A DNA stretch of 64,000 nt from Nematocida ausubeli (lineage: Eukaryota). This document shows, piece by piece, positions 42,241 through 52,721 of this stretch. The first letter of the stretch is position 1, and the number at the start of each line of letters is the position of its first letter. The stretch is taken from contig NW_026515638.1 of NCBI RefSeq assembly GCF_000738915.1, forward strand, positions 208,882 to 272,881. The letters are read 5' to 3'. Both the position numbers and the translations under genes were made by a program. The notes under the pieces are model-generated. The model did no database searches. It was not told the origin of the DNA and was given only the letters and a program-made list of their open reading frames with translations.

Positions 42241-43845
42241 TTAAATCCAGTGCTGTCCTGTTATTTTGTAGAGAACCCTCTTGTATGCTATCAGCTCAAG
42301 AAGATGCTTCCTGTCTGGAAGGTCAATTAGATGCATAAACTTGTTAAAGAGGAACATCTCCTCAGAAAAGGCTGTCTGTGCCTGCTGTATGCACTCCTCC
42401 TTGGACAGGATTCCCCGCGTGTGCATGTTCAGCAGGAAGTACATATACTCCTCCAGGTGCTCTTCTGGCTTTTCTCGCTCCTCCTGCTTTCCGTAAAGCA
42501 CGCCGCTTGAGGAGCTTCGGATTCTTCGGATGCGGTTTACCTCGTCTGGAATACTGCTCAGGTAGTACCCTGCTAAAAAGAGATACACCTCCTTCTCCAG
42601 CACGTTCTCCATGCGGCCCAGAATGCCTTTGATTGCTTCAGTGTACTTCTCTGGGAGCGGGTGCTTGCTGTAGATGGCCCTCAGGGTGGAGGACTGGCTG
42701 TACTGGAACCCAAGCTTTATGTGGTTAGGCGTCAGAATGTCCAGATCAAGAAGCAGCGTGATTGCGTGGTGCACGCACTCTCTGTCCCGAATGCACGCGG
42801 AGATCTCTTCGCATCCTTCTGGGCTGCCGATCAGGGAGAGAATGTACAGCTTTTGTATCTTCTCTCTCTGCGTGTCCTCGTGCGTGATTATGAACGGGTC
42901 TGTCTCCAGCTTAATTGTGTGCTTCTGCAGAAGGAGAAGAATTGACTCAAGTGCGTCTGTCTTGTGCCGGGTTCCTATGTAGCTTATGAGGCTATTTGCA
43001 ATCTTCTCCACCATTGCAAGAGAGAGCGCGCCTTTGTTTATGATTGCAAGCTCTCGGAGCGCGCACAGCGGAAGAAACTCCAGCACCTGCGCAGCCACCT
43101 CCACTGCATCAGACGACGGGTGGATGCGCAGCAGCCGGCACAGCTGAGAGAAAAGAAGCGCAAAGTTTCCGGCTGCCTCCTCTATGCTCTGTCTGTGCGC
43201 GCACAGTGTTCGAAAGCAGGCAGACACGTCCTCGCTGCTAAAGGTGTACGGCTTGGCCTCTTCTATTGCAACAATTGCGGATATGGCAGCGCTCAGAACC
43301 ACTGGGCTCTTTTCCTGCAGACACTGCTTAATCCGCTCCAGCTTTGTCTCGCCAAACACTCTGACCAGTGTGGGTGCTGCAAGAAGAGCTGACTTTTTGA
43401 CAATGTCGGACTCTGAGGAGTATCTTTTTTCTATTTCGTGTGTGAAGTGGTTCAGAAACTCTGCGTCTGCTATCTTTGAGATAAAGTCAATTGCCAGCGC
43501 AGCGCGCAGTGCCGGAGACGGGCCGGTGCCCTCGTGCCCCGAGTTCATCTCCTGCATAAGCGAGTTTACTGCAAGGATCAGAAGAGAAGAGTCACTTCGC
43601 ACAGAGCGCAGGATGAAGGAGTATGCGAGACACTTTATTTCTATTGCAGAGTGCCCTATCATGCTCAGAATCTGCGGGAACACGTGCGCCTTTTCCTTGT
43701 GTGAGAGCCCCTTCATGGATATCAGGTGGAAGGCCTCCTGGAGCTTGCTCTTCTCCTCTGAGGCGAGAAGCTCTTTGACCTGCTCAAACACGCTTTTCAG
43801 TCTTGCTGTTGAGTTTGCAACTAGTGCGCTTTTCATGGTGTACAT
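42241..43845 (-). CDS. Adaptor protein complex beta subunit (Adaptin_N trunk; which AP complex is unresolved)
   Basis: KCLAYSFILR...LLILAVNSLMQEM...ALRAALAIDFISKI...DIVKKSAL...EKSPVVLSAAI. First in-frame ATG at 43845 (the track start is TTG). Confidence 0.8.
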   Translation of the reverse strand: MYTMKSALVANSTARLKSVFEQVKELLASEEKSKLQEAFHLISMKGLSHKEKAHVFPQILSMIGHSAIEIKCLAYSFILRSVRSDSSLLILAVNSLMQEMNSGHEGTGPSPALRAALAIDFISKIADAEFLNHFTHEIEKRYSSESDIVKKSALLAAPTLVRVFGETKLERIKQCLQEKSPVVLSAAISAIVAIEEAKPYTFSSEDVSACFRTLCAHRQSIEEAAGNFALLFSQLCRLLRIHPSSDAVEVAAQVLEFLPLCALRELAIINKGALSLAMVEKIANSLISYIGTRHKTDALESILLLLQKHTIKLETDPFIITHEDTQREKIQKLYILSLIGSPEGCEEISACIRDRECVHHAITLLLDLDILTPNHIKLGFQYSQSSTLRAIYSKHPLPEKYTEAIKGILGRMENVLEKEVYLFLAGYYLSSIPDEVNRIRRIRSSSSGVLYGKQEEREKPEEHLEEYMYFLLNMHTRGILSKEECIQQAQTAFSEEMFLFNKFMHLIDLPDRKHLLELIAYKRVLYKITGQHWI

Positions 43846-44652
43846 GCCTTTGTTTATTTCCCTCCATATGTATGTCTTTCTGTTTGTTTGCTGTTGTCGC
43901 AGGGTTCTTTCCTTTCTTCCTGCAATGTGTTGTCTTAAAGCAGGCTGTTTACTGCTGCTCAAACCCTCCCTTTCATAGCCTATTTTTTATGTGCATCTTT
44001 TGCATTTTCCTGTTCCTTCGTCTTTTTTTTTATGTTTTTGTACTCTTCAGTATATGTAGACATAAAAATATATTTTATTTCTGCAGAGGTTTAGAAATTT
44101 AAAAAAAATAGACATAATAAAAGGCTGTCACAAGCAAATATAATACTACACTAAGCACTCTGAAATAAAGAAAGCATTACACCAACACAAGAAGATATTT
44201 TGTTGAACTTAATCTCATCCTATATGTACTATTGTTCTTGCCCTATAGAGATACTTTAGTAAATATTATAGTAGTTTTATGGTTAACCCATTAAATATAA
44301 CGGTATGTGGCATGCTCTAAAGAAGTTAAGGTTAGAACAAAGGGATAGTAATATGCAACAGATAGAGTTGTTTTCAAAAGAGTTTTATTTATATATTTAC
44401 TATGCAGATGTCTTTGGAGGCAGTGGCTGTTTGCATTCGTATTGGATCTATTTCTTATTGTTAGCATGCGGTGCATTTCTAAGATTCTCACATGATTATA
44501 TAGTGTTTGATTGGCTTATATATTTTTCAGAATTTTTTTCTTTTATATTAGTGATCTTGTTGCCTCGGATTTGAGAAGTGAAAATTTTACCACAAGTGAT
44601 ACCCCTGCAAACGGTTTTGTGTATTTATAATTTTATATTTGATAAAATTTTA

Positions 44653-44958
44653 ATGCAAGCGAGTTCAACAAGAAAAGTTCCGAAGGTCCTAAAAGTAATA
44701 GCTGTCGTCTTGTTTGTGATAGCCACTTTACTTAAGATCGGTGTTATGATCGACATTTCAATGGAAAAAAGGAAAGCAAGAGCAGGCAGAAAGACTCGAA
44801 CCCCAAACAAGCCGAACGTTAACCAAAATAATGGTTTAGTCACGGAGGCAGAGAGACCACTTCTTCTAGTAACGCGTTTATCGGATGAAAATTTGAATGA
44901 TTGCACCAGTGATGCAGAACCGAATCCCAGGAAACATACCCAGGAGACAATAGTTTAG
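44653..44958 (+). CDS. Small single-TM hypothetical protein
   Basis: ATG at 44653 after AAAATTTT; TM VIAVVLFVIATLLKIGVMI followed by a basic patch and a disordered tail. Confidence 0.6.
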   Translation: MQASSTRKVPKVLKVIAVVLFVIATLLKIGVMIDISMEKRKARAGRKTRTPNKPNVNQNNGLVTEAERPLLLVTRLSDENLNDCTSDAEPNPRKHTQETIV

Positions 44959-45166
44959 TGACACTTTTATAATTGCACAAACATTTTCTTTGTTTATGCG
45001 TCAATTAAACACTGGAGTATACAATAGGAAGATGGATAATAAAGAACACTAAATAAAGTGAACTTTGCAAGAATAAAATTAAATCAACAGAAAATTTTAC
45101 CATAGCTATGAAAAGTTTTAAAAAGTAATTCGTATTTATTTCTAACTTAATAATTTTTTCTGTAAA

Positions 45167-45682
45167 ATGAGCATGGGATCAACTTCTGATACATTACTAC
45201 AGTTAGGCTATCTCTCATTAATAATCGGTATTATAGCATTCTTTGTTCCAATTCTAGTAAAACTAACGAAGTGTTCAGGCCAAAATAATGAGCTAAACAA
45301 CATAAAGTCATCAGATGATGTAAGTGAAGAGAGCGAAGTTAACTTAAGCCCAAACAATGATGGAACAGACAGAGTATATGTGGCATTGCCATCTGATGAT
45401 TTAAATGAAGCATACGCAAAAGGCCTCACCTCTGTAAGAGAACAAGAGGACACAGAGCCAGAAACACGCTACAACTTCGCAGCAAAAAAGAAAGACCTTC
45501 ATAGTTCATCTCTTAGTCCCTCAGGATTTAGAATAACCATGCACAAGATTGGTAGGCTATACCCATCAGTTATACAGTACTCGTTGATTGGCTTTTTATT
45601 TTTTATTGTTGGTATGGTGCTTATTATTATGGCTATTAACGAAAGAATAGGTAAAGTACCCGAAATTATTTATAACGTCTAA
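45167..45682 (+). CDS. Two-TM hypothetical protein (171 aa)
   Basis: N- and C-terminal TM helices flank an acidic low-complexity loop. Confidence 0.75.
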   Translation: MSMGSTSDTLLQLGYLSLIIGIIAFFVPILVKLTKCSGQNNELNNIKSSDDVSEESEVNLSPNNDGTDRVYVALPSDDLNEAYAKGLTSVREQEDTEPETRYNFAAKKKDLHSSSLSPSGFRITMHKIGRLYPSVIQYSLIGFLFFIVGMVLIIMAINERIGKVPEIIYNV

Positions 45683-46395
45683 AGTCCTAGAGAAATCAAT
45701 TTCTAGCATAAATTTAATAGAAATTATGATTAACTCTAGATATTTATGCAAGCCTCTTTGATGTTTCTGGTTTAGAAAAACCTTTCTAAAGAACTGTGTA
45801 TAGCATCCTCTCAGTGAAGATTTTACTTTCTGTAATACTCCTGTGAGGTAGAAATGCATTTGTGCACTTTGTGCTGACTAAGCACCAACTATGGGTCTAG
45901 AAGCAGTTAAAAAGCTTTAAATAAAGAGAAAAAGGCATATAATTAAGTTTAATGCATGCAGAAGGTATAAAAACCAACTCATATTTATTTAGATCTTCTT
46001 TTACTCTTCCTGAGTGATTATTTTGGCATGTCCTGAGATACTCAAATCTTCTGCATATTTCAGCATGCGCATTTAAGAGAGCAGAAAGAAGAAGGATTTT
46101 TATTCTTGTACAAAGAAAATCCTGTAAGAAGCACTTTATTCGTGCCCCTTTTAATAGTAGAGCCATAGTAGTCTAGAGAATGTTTAATAACAAAAATCAG
46201 ATTAGATTGGGCTACATTGAAATCTATGTCTTAAGACACTTCAAGGGAGTGCAGTTACTGTAAAGTATAGCCCATAATTAAGCATGCTCTTGTTATATAA
46301 TACACAGAGGAATGGGATAAGTGTCCTTTTATAATGCTTTGTTTACAGCACTATGATATTTTAGCTTTAAATGTCTTAGTTTGTCTATGGACTAG

Positions 46396-48114
46396 CTAAG
46401 AGGCTGCAGAGTAATTATTCACTGCGATTATGGACACGTGTGGATAGTATTCCTGGACACCGTACACACTTTTATACGTGTAAAGCATTCTGTATATGTC
46501 CTTGGCTCCTTCCAAGGAAAGCGTGGCTGCTTTTTCAAAGAGATCAAAGCCAGATAAATCTCCTGCGTTGATTTTGTGCTGTCCCAGCTGGATTAAAAGT
46601 GTATTGTTGTATATGTCAAGGTCTATTGCCTCCTGCAGAAGGGTCTCTGCTTTTTCCTTCTGGTTTAACGAGCTATATCCAATGTATCTGAAGAATGCGC
46701 CCCTTGGTGAGTTGCCAAACTCTTTCTGCTCCAGCCGCGACAGCACATCAACTAGCATGGTATATGCTTCTGCGCACTTAGGGTGCTGTTTGATGTATGC
46801 ATCATCTATCTCTTTCTCTGTTTTTTCCTTGGTTATTTCCTGTGAAAGCACTTCAACCCCCGTGCACAGCACATTTATGTCTTCTGGGAAGAGAGAAAGT
46901 GCTTTCTTTAAGGTGCTAAGTGCTTCTTTGTGCTCGTACAGTGCATACTGTGACTTAATATTTGATATAAAAGGAAGAGAAATAGATTCTTCTGCCTGGA
47001 GCTCAATCAGCTTAGCCATATAGTGGCCCATATTCTCACTTGCCAAGTGCAGCTGCAAAACATACATTCTTACAATTGGATCATTTGAGTTCATGATTTT
47101 TATAATCTTGTCTTCTTCTATTTGCACATTTACATTTTCAAGCTTCTTTATGTATATTGATAAAACATCTCCGTATATGGTTCCTGCCGCATCAAACAAA
47201 GATATTGCTTCTGTGTTTTGGGCTAGAATATATTTTATGTTGCCTGCAATGAATGCAGCACGCCTGCTGTACTTTTGCATAGGAGTTTTGTTTAAGTAGT
47301 CTACTATTAGTGAATATTTTCTACTGTCAATCCACCCAAGCAATTCTTTGTCTTTGCTGCTTTTATTTCCAAATAATGCACCATGCAAAGCTTCCTTAAA
47401 AATACTCAGAACTTCCTCAAGTTTTACAAAAGAGACACAATACCCATTCTTGACTGTACTGGCACTCTTGGTTCTTTTCTCTGCAAGTGCTTCTATTTTC
47501 TTGCTTAACACTTCATTCCACGTGGACCTCTCTGTTTCGACTTCTTTGCTTTTTATGTCACTGACTGCAATGTCTGTGTGATTCTCTGCCTTCTTTTCTT
47601 GGGTCTGCACAGAAGACGCAGCAGTAGATGACTCTTTGCTTCTGTCTTTTTCTGCTTTATCCAAGATCAAATAGGCAGTTATAACGGCAAGCCCTTTAAC
47701 ATCTCCATATCCCTTGTCTAGCTGCTCTAGCTTAGCCAGTCTTTTAAAGCTATTGTAGTGTGTAGGATGCCCACTTATTGTATACTCTATGTACTTCTTT
47801 GCATTCTCATAGTCCTTCATCATAAAGTATGTCTGTGATATGTTGTTCAGTATTTTAATCCGTTCTTCACTGTTTTTATTTCTCTTTCCTTCGCTCTCCA
47901 GTCTGTCAATGAGCTCAAGTGCGCCCATATACTTCTCCATCGCACTTGCATAATCCTTCAATAAAAAGGCTGCAGTGCCTTCTTCCTTCATACTTTCTGG
48001 GGTTGATTTATCCTTTATAGCATAGCGATATACACCATACAAAATAGCAGAAATTGTGGCTCCACATGCCACCCATTGCATAATATCACTGCGGGGTTTT
48101 CCTTCTAAGCTCAT
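46396..48114 (-). CDS. TOM70: Tom70-like TPR import receptor (mitosomal)
   Basis: N-terminal signal anchor (WVACGATISAILYGVY), clamp-type TPR (KEEGTAAFLLKDYASAMEKY...ILNNISQTY) and C-terminal TPRs. Confidence 0.75.
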   Translation of the reverse strand: MSLEGKPRSDIMQWVACGATISAILYGVYRYAIKDKSTPESMKEEGTAAFLLKDYASAMEKYMGALELIDRLESEGKRNKNSEERIKILNNISQTYFMMKDYENAKKYIEYTISGHPTHYNSFKRLAKLEQLDKGYGDVKGLAVITAYLILDKAEKDRSKESSTAASSVQTQEKKAENHTDIAVSDIKSKEVETERSTWNEVLSKKIEALAEKRTKSASTVKNGYCVSFVKLEEVLSIFKEALHGALFGNKSSKDKELLGWIDSRKYSLIVDYLNKTPMQKYSRRAAFIAGNIKYILAQNTEAISLFDAAGTIYGDVLSIYIKKLENVNVQIEEDKIIKIMNSNDPIVRMYVLQLHLASENMGHYMAKLIELQAEESISLPFISNIKSQYALYEHKEALSTLKKALSLFPEDINVLCTGVEVLSQEITKEKTEKEIDDAYIKQHPKCAEAYTMLVDVLSRLEQKEFGNSPRGAFFRYIGYSSLNQKEKAETLLQEAIDLDIYNNTLLIQLGQHKINAGDLSGFDLFEKAATLSLEGAKDIYRMLYTYKSVYGVQEYYPHVSIIAVNNYSAAS

Positions 48115-48513
48115 AAAAATAAAAGAAAATCACTACAAATTCTTATAGTGCAGGCTTCTTGCAGGCTGCATATAATATAGCCTAAATTAACTCATCTTTA
48201 ATCTATGGGTTTATGCAATATTTATTCTTTTTTATTATGCCTCTTTAAATATGCAGCAAAGCCATTCCCTTTAACTCTTCTTATTGGAAAAGATTCCAGA
48301 AGAAAGCAATTTTAATTTAGCAGCAGAAACAAGTGAACTCGCATCTGTAAAGAACACAAAATATCAGGATATATTAGTGTATATACTTAATAATTCTAAT
48401 AGACAAAGATACTTCTACTACACTGCCTCTTTTTAAGCCAAAAAATAACTTTATTTCTTCTAACTTTATTCTTTGCAGACAGTGTATGTAGTAAACCGGG
48501 CTTTCTATTAAGC

Positions 48514-49218
48514 TTATGCTATAGCTCCTTTGTAGGAGTCTGCAATTTCCTTTGCTGCCACAGGATCATTTCCATATAGAATATTGTATCTTCTAATGGT
48601 CTCTTCGTGGGCTTTACTTTCATTAATGATGCTTTTATCAATTTGTATCTTCTCTGGTGTATAGTTAAACAAGGTGTTATATATCATGCTAATCCATGCA
48701 TATAAGACTATTCCGTTAGCAATTAATAATATCACTGCTATGACAATATACCTTTTTCTATTGGGAGTCACAGGAGACTTGATTCCTTTTTTGAGCTGCT
48801 CTGCTGCTTTGTTCATGTTAAGTTTCACTGAATGCGCTGAAATCTCTTTAAATTTGGCTTTTCCGTCTACATGAGTAGGTATATTTTGGTCTAGTTCATC
48901 AGTGTGTGCTTCATCAGAACGACTGTCTCTATTATCTGGATTCCCTTTAATTTGAGCAGCTTGCTCTATAATGATGCTAAGATTCTTCATGTCCTGTGTA
49001 TACACAGAAGCATCTGAACAGCAGAAAACATACTTGAGCATGTGCCATAGTGTTAAGAAAAAGTCTTTAATGGCAACAAATAGTCTGGTTATATATTTAC
49101 CATGCTCATTGGTTTTTGGGCTTATGCCATCCCTTCCTTCTTCCACCATTTCTCTAATCTTTCTAGACAGCTGCATCTTTAAATCATTCACTTCTCGTTG
49201 TATGAACGGGTTTGCCAT
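48514..49218 (-). CDS. Hypothetical membrane protein (~234 aa)
   Basis: ATG at 49218. One clear TM (YIVIAVILLIANGIVLYAWI) plus an amphipathic segment ending in CC. Confidence 0.75.
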   Translation of the reverse strand: MANPFIQREVNDLKMQLSRKIREMVEEGRDGISPKTNEHGKYITRLFVAIKDFFLTLWHMLKYVFCCSDASVYTQDMKNLSIIIEQAAQIKGNPDNRDSRSDEAHTDELDQNIPTHVDGKAKFKEISAHSVKLNMNKAAEQLKKGIKSPVTPNRKRYIVIAVILLIANGIVLYAWISMIYNTLFNYTPEKIQIDKSIINESKAHEETIRRYNILYGNDPVAAKEIADSYKGAIA

Positions 49219-49700
49219 CACTTAACTTATTTTAAGATAAATAGCAAAATATTAATACAAAAATTTCCAGACAGTACGTTTAACCAAACGACTAAACTCA
49301 GTTATATATAAATTGTCAAATACTGCAGAAGTGTCTTAATGTAGTAGTATTGTAGCCCAAATACCCGAAATACTCAAAATATTATTAAATAAAGAGTCCC
49401 TGCATGAGTACAGTAGGAATAAGAAAAGAGCTTTTATTGTGCTTATTATGATGCATTGATCTTTTCATGCGAATTTCGCTATTAAATGTGTCTTGGTTTC
49501 TGGATATGAAAAATACCGGGTGTTTTGCAATTTTAGTCTAATACTGTATGAGATATGTATGGAAAGAGTAAAAATAGAAATCTCTCCATGGGTTATTTAA
49601 GTAGCCAATCTCATGCACAAAAATGCATGTTTGCAGGGATTCCAGTAGATAATAGTTCTTTGATCGATAAATATCCACAGGCTGCAATATCATTGTGCTT

Positions 49701-50990
49701 CTAGTATTCCTTTGATACACTTATTTCAAATGCATGCAGTTTATTAAGAATACCGCTCTTTCTTTTTATTGAAGCCCATGGCCAATAGACTGATGCACTA
49801 TCAATGAATGAATTCTTTGGAGTATACGAGAATCCAACTGCTGGAGTGAAATTTTCCTGGAAACCAAAGTGTTCTGTGGTATTATTGGTAAATGGATACT
49901 TCTTGGTTATTAGCCCACCCAGAAGCACTCCATAACTCTCTATGCTGCACTTTAGCATTCCCATAGTCTTAGCAACACCAGAAAATTCACGTGAAAATAT
50001 ATTCAATCTGCATGTACCCTCTACTTCTCCCTGAACATCTATTGTTGCCTTACTTATAATCCATGGAAGATACTTGCTCTCCACTGGCTCTATTGTACTT
50101 TTATTTTGGATACTTTTTCTCTTCCATCTTGCAAGAATATTTGTGTCTGTAGGTGTTTTTTTCAGATTATGCGAACTTAAAATGCCTAGTTGATTAAGGA
50201 GTGATCTTACACTAGCCACAGGATATGCTACTTTTGCATAGAATTCACTATCTATGCTTAACAAAGAGGATTCTTTTGCTGTTTTCTGCTTGCTTAATAA
50301 ACTGATATTTTCTGCAGTAATAGCATAGTTTTTGCATATTCCTATAGACCCTAGTACTCTTGCATGGATGTGCTCTATAGGATTGACAGATAGCTCAATC
50401 TTATTAGTGAAGATATTATCCTCTACCCATGCACCTGCTGATATCTTCATCATTGGGTTGATGATTTTCTCAACCCCCAAAGACTTTTTTGCTTGGCCAA
50501 CAAGCACGTGCATGCTCAAATACTTTTGCAGAACTAAGTCCCGCATGTTCTTATTTACTATTTTCAGGAAGTTCCATATTTCTGAACTTTTTCCAAGTAA
50601 CTGTGTCTCTTTTGAATTTACCTGGAACAGACAAAGTGAGCTTTTTAAGGAGGATAGATTGCTTTCTACAGTCAGCTTGTTTTGCCCAAGGGACTCAAAT
50701 AGGACATTGTACACAGAACCTGTGTACTTTACAATATTTTTATTTCCACTCAAAGATGCATTTATGGAATGTTTTCCCTTTGGCTGATGCAGCTTAACAG
50801 TAGCTGGGGCATTCAGTAGCCATCCAAGGATTTCGTTATATTTAATAGACTCTGCACTTATCCCATTCAATCCTGTTAACTCTTCATGTATATTTGCGGA
50901 TAGTTCCTTTCCTGTGGTAGATTTACTCAGCCTCTGGCTCAAAGTACTTTTTATCCTATTTTCAATGTTCCCAAGGACTCTAACCCTCAT
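49701..50990 (-). CDS. Hypothetical beta-rich protein, possibly a divergent Sam50/Omp85 barrel
   Basis: 429 aa ORF, no TM helices, alternating beta-strand-like segments, C-terminal FEISVSKEY. The ORF is solid but the identity is tentative. Confidence 0.55.
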   Translation of the reverse strand: MRVRVLGNIENRIKSTLSQRLSKSTTGKELSANIHEELTGLNGISAESIKYNEILGWLLNAPATVKLHQPKGKHSINASLSGNKNIVKYTGSVYNVLFESLGQNKLTVESNLSSLKSSLCLFQVNSKETQLLGKSSEIWNFLKIVNKNMRDLVLQKYLSMHVLVGQAKKSLGVEKIINPMMKISAGAWVEDNIFTNKIELSVNPIEHIHARVLGSIGICKNYAITAENISLLSKQKTAKESSLLSIDSEFYAKVAYPVASVRSLLNQLGILSSHNLKKTPTDTNILARWKRKSIQNKSTIEPVESKYLPWIISKATIDVQGEVEGTCRLNIFSREFSGVAKTMGMLKCSIESYGVLLGGLITKKYPFTNNTTEHFGFQENFTPAVGFSYTPKNSFIDSASVYWPWASIKRKSGILNKLHAFEISVSKEY

Positions 50991-51503
50991 ATTGCAATGC
51001 AGAAAAAGAAAATACAGAAATTAACCTTGTACTTCAAAGAATATCTCTATTTCCTGTGCTTATGCGGATATAATGGCTTCTATCTGCATTCCCTACTTAT
51101 CTATTTTAGTAGTCTCTTATTGTTCCATCAGACAGAGTTTATCCATATAAGCAAGTGAAGTAGAATCTTCAGCTGGCACATGCGGGTTTAGCAATTATTT
51201 CAGAAGGAATGGCGCAGTAAATGAGTTCTAATGATTCTTAGTACGGGATACATAAGAAAGTTCATATTTATGTGCTTAATAGTCTAGTACAGCAGATTTC
51301 TATTAAGAAATGCATCCATCCCAAGAAACACTGCTGTTTTAACAGAACTGCTGCCTATTTGTGGTATTTTCATGGCAACTACTGATTAAATAATCTAGAA
51401 TAACTCATCTTACTGTGGTATTTCTTCACTTCTGGGCTGTTATTTAGTGCTGCACTTCACCAGATAATTATTAAAACAACAGAAATTTACTTTTCCCTAC
51501 TGC

Positions 51504-51740
51504 ATGCAGGAGATAATTAAGGAATTAGCATATATAATACTCAACACAGAAATGTGCAGTGAATTGAAGCCCTTAGGGAAAATTAAAAAGAGAAAGCAAG
51601 GCATGATCAGAATACTATGCGATATATGCAACACACAAGTGAATAGTGTTGTATTCACAAAGCATCTGGAAAGGTGCAATAAGCAGCAGCCTGCCGGAGC
51701 AAGAAAGAACGACTCACCAGAGTCAGCTGTAAAAGAATAA
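51504..51740 (+). CDS. SGF11: Sgf11-like zinc-finger protein (SAGA deubiquitination module)
   Basis: N-terminal helix plus CDICNTQVNSVVFTKHLERC, matching the Sgf11/ATXN7L3 C-x2-C-x11-H-L-x2-C finger. Confidence 0.75.
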   Translation: MQEIIKELAYIILNTEMCSELKPLGKIKKRKQGMIRILCDICNTQVNSVVFTKHLERCNKQQPAGARKNDSPESAVKE

Positions 51741-52360
51741 AAAAACAAAGAAATCTTAAATCCTTCTATATATGCACTTTTTCTAATACAAGATATACTA
51801 TAGATATAAGCAGATGAGCATATATTTAAGCACATTATGGTTTATGCTTATATTTTAGTCTCTTATTCCGGCATAATTTAACTCTCATAAATATGCAAGA
51901 TTGTATTCCTGAATTGCACCATGGAAATACAATATAAATTGAACACAAATGCATCTGCTGCTTTCTATTCGGGTTATATCGGGTTATAGCAGAAATACAA
52001 AAACACAGAAGTTATTGCACTTGAATTTCCATTTAAGCATATTGTAAGGGGAGCTATTTAATTAGCATATAATCTGGATAGAACAAGAATATATTTCAGA
52101 TATGTTTTATTTGTATTCCATAGTAAAAAGCACTATAATATATTCTCTTACTAAATACACAGAACCATTCATGTAAGTGCATAAAAATGCCTTTCATACT
52201 TGCATTCCTTTCTTTGTAAATTCATTTATTATAAGGCAGAAGCCATCGAACCCATATGTTTTTGAAGATGCTTTGAGTGTGATAATTCTGTAACTTAATT
52301 TCTACTAATAAGCATATTAAAGAGAATTAATTATAAATTCGAATTTATTTTTGTTCTATA

Positions 52361-52618
52361 ATGAAAAAAGAACAGGTAGTAAAGAGTAAAACACTTGCAA
52401 ACACAAGGAATGAAGCGATTAAGTCATTCCTTACAACAAAGCCATCCTATCTTACTCTGCAGCCTATTCATGTTTTAATTCTGTCTGTGTGCTTTATTAT
52501 AAATATAATGCTGCTCCACATAATTGGTAGATTTGGGTCTTCAGTGATTTTACAGACTGTAATTAGTGTGGCAGCCTTAACTGCTGCATTGGTGCTTGGA
52601 TATTTAATACAAAGATAG
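52361..52618 (+). CDS. SEC61B: Sec61 beta subunit with a second C-terminal hydrophobic helix
   Basis: LTLQPIHVLILSVCFIINIMLLHIIGRF matches the Sec61-beta/Sbh1 TM signature. Confidence 0.82.
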   Translation: MKKEQVVKSKTLANTRNEAIKSFLTTKPSYLTLQPIHVLILSVCFIINIMLLHIIGRFGSSVILQTVISVAALTAALVLGYLIQR

Positions 52619-52721
52619 ATGGCAGCTGTGGATTGATATATAAATTGTATCGAATTTTCTTTAGTTTATTTATTATTTATTGGTCTATTTATTTGTGCTG
52701 TGTTTTGCATAAAATTTAGCA

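Noticed and set aside
43846..43976. Possible intron or upstream exon for beta-adaptin (out-of-frame ATG at 43976)
   Set aside because: No convincing branch point or splice signals and no other introns in the window; the ATG at 43845 suffices.
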